Of a stretch of DNA of 49,440 bases, positions 44,379-49,440 are shown in pieces. Source of the stretch: a virus (Duplodnaviria; Caudoviricetes); the IMG/VR virus record IMGVR_UViG_3300033076_000596, positions 1 to 49,440 of that record, one strand, 5' to 3'. Both the position numbers and the translations under genes were made by a program. The notes below the pieces were generated by a model. It was not told where the DNA came from. It ran no database searches and saw only the letters and a program-made list of their open reading frames with translations. The stretch's first letter is position 1; every line of letters begins with the position of its first letter.

Positions 44379-44510
44379 GCCCCCTTGGTATGGCGGGAAC
44401 AAGATCCCCGACAGCTATCTCAAGAAATTCCTACCTTCGCAGGGTGATGAGGCGGACCCTGAGATGTCGTATGAACTACGCCTCTTCCTTCATGGTATGG
44501 GAGATGAGAG

Positions 44511-44696
44511 ATGCAAGAACACATTACAATCGCACTGATCGTGATCCTGACGCTGGGCGGTATCGTCCTGCTGTATGTGAATGCCGGCCTGCGCAAGCAG
44601 CTCGAGGCATTGAACGACGAGTACCACACGCTGGTTGATCGTGATCCGAAGACCGGCCGGTTTGTTAAAAGCATGCGTACTTTAAAGCGGGACTAA
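44511..44696 (+). CDS. Small membrane-anchored protein
   Basis: N-terminal TM, short coiled coil, RDPKTGRFVK tail. Confidence 0.65.
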   Translation: MQEHITIALIVILTLGGIVLLYVNAGLRKQLEALNDEYHTLVDRDPKTGRFVKSMRTLKRD

Positions 44697-46175
44697 ATGA
44701 TTCTCAGAGATTATCAGGAGATGTCCGTCGAAGCTGTGCGCGATAGCTATCGTGCGGGTAAGAGGCGGACTCTCCTTGTACTACCGACAGGCGGCGGCAA
44801 GACGGTATGCTTTAGTTACATCGCCGCCGGAGTTGCCAAGAACAACAAGCGCGTCCTGATCATCGCTCACCGGCGTGAGCTGCTGAAGCAGATCAGTAAC
44901 GCACTGACTGCTGTGGGTGTGCCGCACGCCATGATGATGGGCGGCAGCACGGGCATCCCGCAGTCGAACGTGGTCGTGGCTTCAGTGTTCACGCTGGCCA
45001 ATCGGCTCAAGCATTTCCCCCCACCTGACATGATCATTGGGGACGAGGCGCATCATTTCACGCCTGACTCTTCATGGGGCAAGGTGGTCAACGCATTCCC
45101 CAACGCCCGTGTGCTGGGCGTGACGGCCACGCCTGAGCGGCTGGACGGCAAGGGGCTGGGCGCTCTGTTCGATGACATGGTTGTCGGCCCTACTGTGGCG
45201 GAGCTGACGGAGCAGGAGTACCTTTCTCCCGCTGACGTGTACGCACCGAGCAGGCCTGACATGCGCGGCGTGCATAGCCGCATGGGTGACTTCGTAAAGG
45301 CGGAGCTGGAGCAGGTGATGGACAGGCCGTCGATCACAGGCAGCGCCGTCGCGCACTACACCAAGCTGGCTGCGGGCAAGCGGGCCATCGCCTTCTGCGT
45401 CAGCGTCAAGCACGCCCAGATGGTGGCTGAAGACTTCCGCGCGGCTGGCTATTCATCCTATCACATCGATGGCGGCATGAAGGAAAGCGTGCGCGACACG
45501 GTGCTGAAGGACTTCGAGGCTGGCAAGATACAGGTTCTGACGAGCTGCGATCTGGTGAGCGAGGGCTTCGATCTGCCGGCAGTGGAGGTGGCTATCCTGC
45601 TGCGGCCCACGCAGTCGCTGTCGCTGTACCTTCAGCAGTGCGGGCGCGCCATCCGGCCGGCGCCGGGCAAGACCAAGACGATCATCCTTGATCATGCTGG
45701 CAACACCGCACGGCATGGCTTCATTGACGAGCCAAGGGACTGGACGCTGGATCAAGATATCATCAAGCAGCGCCGCGCCGCAGCCAAGGAGAAGCCGCCG
45801 GAGGTACGCACCTGCCCCGAGTGCTTCGCCATGCACGTCACGCTGCCTGTCTGTCCCAAGTGCGGCCACGTTTATGAGATCAAGGGTCGCAAGATTCTTC
45901 AGGTTGACGGCACGCTGGTGCAGGTTTCTAGTGCGACTGAAGCTCAGTCAGCAGCGCAGGAGACGGATTGGAAGCGCCGCTTCGACGTACTGTCGATGGT
46001 CGGACGCAAGCGGGGATACAAGTCACCACAGAAGTGGGCGTACAATGTGATCTGTGGACAGGAGGCAACGCGTCTAGCCAAGCTGCGCAACGCGAAAGAA
46101 ACTACCAACGGGCTGACGATGGAAGAGAGGCAACGGATATGGCGAATGACAATTGGGAGGACGGGGAGGGGGTAG
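44697..46175 (+). CDS. Superfamily 2 (DEAH) helicase with C-terminal Zn ribbon, RadD/YejH-like
   Basis: LRDYQ, PTGGGKT, DEAHH, TATP, EGFD, Q..GR..R, CPEC...CPKC. Confidence 0.92.
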   Translation: MILRDYQEMSVEAVRDSYRAGKRRTLLVLPTGGGKTVCFSYIAAGVAKNNKRVLIIAHRRELLKQISNALTAVGVPHAMMMGGSTGIPQSNVVVASVFTLANRLKHFPPPDMIIGDEAHHFTPDSSWGKVVNAFPNARVLGVTATPERLDGKGLGALFDDMVVGPTVAELTEQEYLSPADVYAPSRPDMRGVHSRMGDFVKAELEQVMDRPSITGSAVAHYTKLAAGKRAIAFCVSVKHAQMVAEDFRAAGYSSYHIDGGMKESVRDTVLKDFEAGKIQVLTSCDLVSEGFDLPAVEVAILLRPTQSLSLYLQQCGRAIRPAPGKTKTIILDHAGNTARHGFIDEPRDWTLDQDIIKQRRAAAKEKPPEVRTCPECFAMHVTLPVCPKCGHVYEIKGRKILQVDGTLVQVSSATEAQSAAQETDWKRRFDVLSMVGRKRGYKSPQKWAYNVICGQEATRLAKLRNAKETTNGLTMEERQRIWRMTIGRTGRG

Positions 46176-46357
46176 TCGTTCCTCTATCTCTGATAAAAGA
46201 TCTGACCGAGAACATGATCGACACGATTGATAAGTGGCATGAGAAGCGTGGCATCGAGTGTCTAAACATGGGTCAGTGCGTTGTCGCCATGATCGCCGCT
46301 GTCGATGCGGTGGCCGAGACGATGAACGGATATCCTGATGGGGCCACGCTGCAATGA
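46139..46357 (+). CDS. Hypothetical protein
   Basis: Probable start MANDNWED. Confidence 0.55.
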   Translation: MANDNWEDGEGVVVPLSLIKDLTENMIDTIDKWHEKRGIECLNMGQCVVAMIAAVDAVAETMNGYPDGATLQ

Positions 46358-46707
46358 GCAGTGAAGCAGTCATCCAGCAGAACATCAGGCTGGCTCTGGG
46401 TATGCGGGATGACATCTTCATGTTCCGCATCAACGTCGGTGTCTTCCGTCCCCTGCATGGGGATCAGCGCCGTGCGATCCGTTCCGCACCCGATGGAACG
46501 CCCGACTTGATCGGTGTCATGCAGCCCGGCCGTGCCTTTGCCATCGAGGTAAAAGCTGCTAAAGGTCAGCAACGTGAGGCGCAGAAGAACTGGCAGAAAG
46601 CGTGGGAAAAGCGCGGCGGAATCTACATTCTGGCCCGCTCTGTTGACGATGTTTACAAAGGGCTTGACATATCTGTTGACGGTGACGCATATAGTCCGCA
46701 GCAATAA
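46354..46707 (+). CDS. VRR-NUC-like PD-(D/E)xK nuclease
   Basis: E..IQ..I, GTPDLIG, AIEVK, Q..W. Confidence 0.8.
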   Translation: MSSEAVIQQNIRLALGMRDDIFMFRINVGVFRPLHGDQRRAIRSAPDGTPDLIGVMQPGRAFAIEVKAAKGQQREAQKNWQKAWEKRGGIYILARSVDDVYKGLDISVDGDAYSPQQ

Positions 46708-46731
46708 TGCTGCTAATGGTAAACCGGAGCA

Positions 46732-47205
46732 ATGGATATGAAAAAGGAACTGACGTTTTCCCTAGAGTATTGGAAAGACAGGGCTGAGTTTTTCGAGAAG
46801 CACATCGAAGAGCTGCGTGAAGTTAGGGCTGAGATGAAAGAGTACGTCAACGAGCGGTTGCAGAATGAGAACGACGAACTCAAGGCCATTCTTATCAAGC
46901 TGACTGAAGCTATCACAGCGCAGTTGAAGAACCGGACTGACGAGATCATCCCGAACGATGGTGAAGCGTCGTCATATATCAAAGCATATCGGGCGCGCCG
47001 TATTCTCATCGACGATCTGGAAATGACGGTGCGCTCTGCCAACTGCCTCAGGAACGAAGGCATAAAGACGCTGGGCCAGCTATGCCGATGGTCAGAAGCT
47101 GACCTGCTGCGCATCCCCAACTTAGGACGCCGCTCGCTGAACGAGATCAAAGAGATCCTGTGCAGCCGTGGCCTTACACTGAAACCAGATAACCGGAGCA
47201 ACTAA
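46732..47205 (+). CDS. Coiled-coil protein with RNA polymerase alpha C-terminal domain homolog
   Basis: [19 protein letters not shown]...[19 protein letters not shown] closely matches the alpha-CTD pattern. Confidence 0.85.
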   Translation: MDMKKELTFSLEYWKDRAEFFEKHIEELREVRAEMKEYVNERLQNENDELKAILIKLTEAITAQLKNRTDEIIPNDGEASSYIKAYRARRILIDDLEMTVRSANCLRNEGIKTLGQLCRWSEADLLRIPNLGRRSLNEIKEILCSRGLTLKPDNRSN

Positions 47206-47206
47206 C

Positions 47207-48157
47207 ATGGCTATTATTCCTGTGCGTGACGAAGCGCATTGGCACGAACTGCGTGCCGCAAGTATCGGCGGCTCTGATGTCGCCGCCCTCCTTGGCATCT
47301 CGCCATACAAATCCAAGTGGCAGTTGTGGATGGAGAAGTCAGGCAAGCTGCAGGCAGAAGACCTGTCGTCCAACACCGCAGTGCAGGCCGGCACGTTCCT
47401 CGAGAGTGGCATCGCCAACTGGGCATCGCACCGCTGGAACATGGATCTCAGCAAGGTCACCGACTATTACACGGCTGACGATATCAAGGGCATGGGCGCA
47501 TCGCTCGACTACATCACACAGACTGGCAAGCCCGCTGAGATCAAGTGGTCTGCACGCGGTCACGGCTGGCGCTATGATGATGACAAGATCACTGAAGCCC
47601 CTGAGTATTATCTCATTCAGGTGCAGCACCAGATCGCCTGCCTCAATGCGAATGGCATCGACGCTGACTCTGGTTGGCTGATCGCTCTGATCGACAACGA
47701 GCCGCGCCGTATGCTGGTGCCGCGCCATGACGGTGTCATCGCCGCTATCAAGGAAGGCATCGCAGAGTTCTGGGCCAGCATCGATGCAGGCAAGGAACCA
47801 AACCCAGACTTCTCGCTTGACGGCGACGCGATTACCAAGATGTTTGGTACGCTGCCGACTGCTGAGGTAGAGCTGGACAGTGACGCTGCGCCGTTGTTCG
47901 CCAAGTATCTGGACGCTGCTGCGACTGAGAAGCTGGCGAAGGAAACCAAGGAAGCACTCAAGGCAGAGCTGCTGTACCTTGGCGCCGAGAAGCTGAAGGG
48001 CAGCAACCAAAGCACCGACAAGGCCATCATCCGCTGCGGCGATCACAAGATCAGCATCAGCCAAGTCGCCCCCAATGAAGGGACCGAGGTGACGCAGGAG
48101 ATGGTTGGCACACGCATCAACGCCCGCAAGGGGTATCAGACTGTGAGGATCAGCTAA
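47207..48157 (+). CDS. YqaJ-like (lambda exonuclease family) recombination exonuclease
   Basis: W...R..SIGGSDVAALLG.SPY, G..LE, ASLD, EIK, Y.IQVQHQ. Confidence 0.88.
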   Translation: MAIIPVRDEAHWHELRAASIGGSDVAALLGISPYKSKWQLWMEKSGKLQAEDLSSNTAVQAGTFLESGIANWASHRWNMDLSKVTDYYTADDIKGMGASLDYITQTGKPAEIKWSARGHGWRYDDDKITEAPEYYLIQVQHQIACLNANGIDADSGWLIALIDNEPRRMLVPRHDGVIAAIKEGIAEFWASIDAGKEPNPDFSLDGDAITKMFGTLPTAEVELDSDAAPLFAKYLDAAATEKLAKETKEALKAELLYLGAEKLKGSNQSTDKAIIRCGDHKISISQVAPNEGTEVTQEMVGTRINARKGYQTVRIS

Positions 48158-48318
48158 TGAGTGACATCATGGTCCGGGTCGATAGGGAGACATATGAGCG
48201 GCTCAAGGAAGTGTGCAGCCGCCATCCCCTCAAGCCCAAGATGAAGGCCGCCCTCGAGCGCGCCATCGAGCTGATGATCGAAGACTTTGAAGTGGAGATC
48301 GAGAATGCAAAGCAATAA
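48157..48318 (+). CDS. Putative ribbon-helix-helix protein (53 aa)
   Basis: Not in the track. MSDIMVRVDRETYERLKEVC...MKAALERAIELMI; TAATG overlap. Confidence 0.6.
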   Translation: MSDIMVRVDRETYERLKEVCSRHPLKPKMKAALERAIELMIEDFEVEIENAKQ

Positions 48319-49405
48319 TGCCGTCGCGAATGTCAGGCCGATTGATCGGTTCAAGCAGGAGCTGACGCTGCGCAAGGACATGATGGTGTCCCTGCTGCCG
48401 AAGAACATCAACTTCGATAAGTTCCAAGCCATCGTCATCGCTGCAGTTGGCAGCAACCCTGAGCTGCTCGAGTGTGATCGTGGCTCGCTGCTCAAGTCCT
48501 GCATCCAAGCAGCCGAGCTTGGCCTGTCTCTGAACCCCACGCTGGGCGAAGGCGACATCCTCAAGGTTTGGAACAACCGCACCAAGCGTAACGACGCCCA
48601 GTTCCGGCCGCGCTACATGGGCCTGATGAAGCTGGCCCGTCAGTCGGGTGAGGTCGTGAAGATCGAAGCTGAGATCGTGCGTGAGAACGACGAGTTCCTC
48701 ATCCAAAAGGGTGACGAGCCGCGCCTCGAGCATCGCATCAAGCTGGGCAACCGTGGCGATATGGTTGGCGCATACTGCATCTGGACTCTGAAGGATGGCA
48801 CCAAGCAGTTCGAGGTGATGGACCGGGATCAGATCCTTGCCATCCGCGACCGCTCGTCAGCCAAGACTAAGGATGGGCGCATCGTCGGGCCTTGGGCTAC
48901 GGATCAGGAAGAGATGTGGCGTAAGACTGTGGTGCGTCGCGCATCCAAGTACATGCCGCGCGCGACTGAGGCCTTCGCCAATGCCGTCGCTCTGGATAAC
49001 CTGCTCGAGGTTGGCCACGAGGTGGACATCAAGGACGGTGAGGTGATCGATGTAACGGCTGATGTCGTGGAACATGACGCCGAAACAGGTGAGGTCTATG
49101 AAGAAGTGATCGCGCCTCCGGCCACCAACCAGATGGATCGCATCGCGCAGAAGGTAGCAAAGGCCGAGCCTGCACCCGAGCCTGAGCCAGAGCCAGCCAT
49201 CGAGATCTCCGTACTCGAGGTAGGGCATGACGCCGATGGCGACGAAGACTGGGATGGATGGGTGGCCAAGGCCATCAACCAGATCAAGGACATGTCGCCT
49301 AACAACAAATCTACATGGAGAAAGCTACATCTCTCCATGCTTGATGAAGCCGAACTGATGAACGCCCGCGATCTGGGCAAGCTCATCGCAATCCTGAAAG
49401 GTTAA
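48305..49405 (+). CDS. recT: RecT-family single-strand annealing protein
   Basis: NPELLECD..SL..S.IQAAELGL.., Y.GL.KLARQSG, GPW.TD.EEMWRKTVVRR..KY.P; paired with YqaJ. Confidence 0.88.
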   Translation: MQSNNAVANVRPIDRFKQELTLRKDMMVSLLPKNINFDKFQAIVIAAVGSNPELLECDRGSLLKSCIQAAELGLSLNPTLGEGDILKVWNNRTKRNDAQFRPRYMGLMKLARQSGEVVKIEAEIVRENDEFLIQKGDEPRLEHRIKLGNRGDMVGAYCIWTLKDGTKQFEVMDRDQILAIRDRSSAKTKDGRIVGPWATDQEEMWRKTVVRRASKYMPRATEAFANAVALDNLLEVGHEVDIKDGEVIDVTADVVEHDAETGEVYEEVIAPPATNQMDRIAQKVAKAEPAPEPEPEPAIEISVLEVGHDADGDEDWDGWVAKAINQIKDMSPNNKSTWRKLHLSMLDEAELMNARDLGKLIAILKG

Positions 49406-49410
49406 AGCAT

Positions 49411-49440
49411 ATGGCTAAGAAGTATGATCTCGTCGTCAAG
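49411..49440 (+). CDS. Partial CDS (MAKKYDLVVK...) running off the window
   Basis: ATG 5 nt after the RecT stop; GAAAGG SD. Confidence 0.5.
   Translation, partial: MAKKYDLVVK

Noticed and set aside
44371-44538. 55-aa ORF MVKPPWYGG...
   Set aside because: It fills a gap and may be real, but there is no further support, so it is not listed as a feature.
1-49440. tRNA genes, integrase, att site or IS elements
   Set aside because: None recognised by eye; tRNAscan and profile searches would be needed to exclude them.

Overview
This window is about 49 kb of a tailed dsDNA bacteriophage genome with a podovirus-like layout. No integrase, repressor, tape-measure or sheath gene is visible, and the host cannot be determined from the sequence alone. 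The minus-strand arm (33079 to 1) is the late region. It runs: terminase small and large subunits, portal, basic GG-motif proteins, GroES-like co-chaperonin, scaffold, major capsid and decoration proteins, small basic proteins, two adaptor-like proteins with separate tail-fibre sets (LamG x5, FN3/Gly-rich), a ferritin-like protein, an expanded lysis-region cassette with secreted proteins and a GH19 endolysin, a nozzle-like protein and a truncated putative internal protein. The plus-strand arm (33563 to the end) holds many small early genes, a probable replication origin, a split primase/helicase, an SF2 helicase, a VRR-NUC nuclease, a stand-alone RNA polymerase alpha-CTD homolog, a YqaJ exonuclease and RecT. 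The most notable non-coding signals are a complete type II hammerhead ribozyme with pseudoknot (34585-34649), three covarying hairpins ahead of the capsid operon (23813-23893), an iteron-flanked AT-rich palindrome (34976-35306) and a G-tract/Z-DNA-prone switch region between the arms. All product calls come from motif recognition and gene order; no database searches were run.
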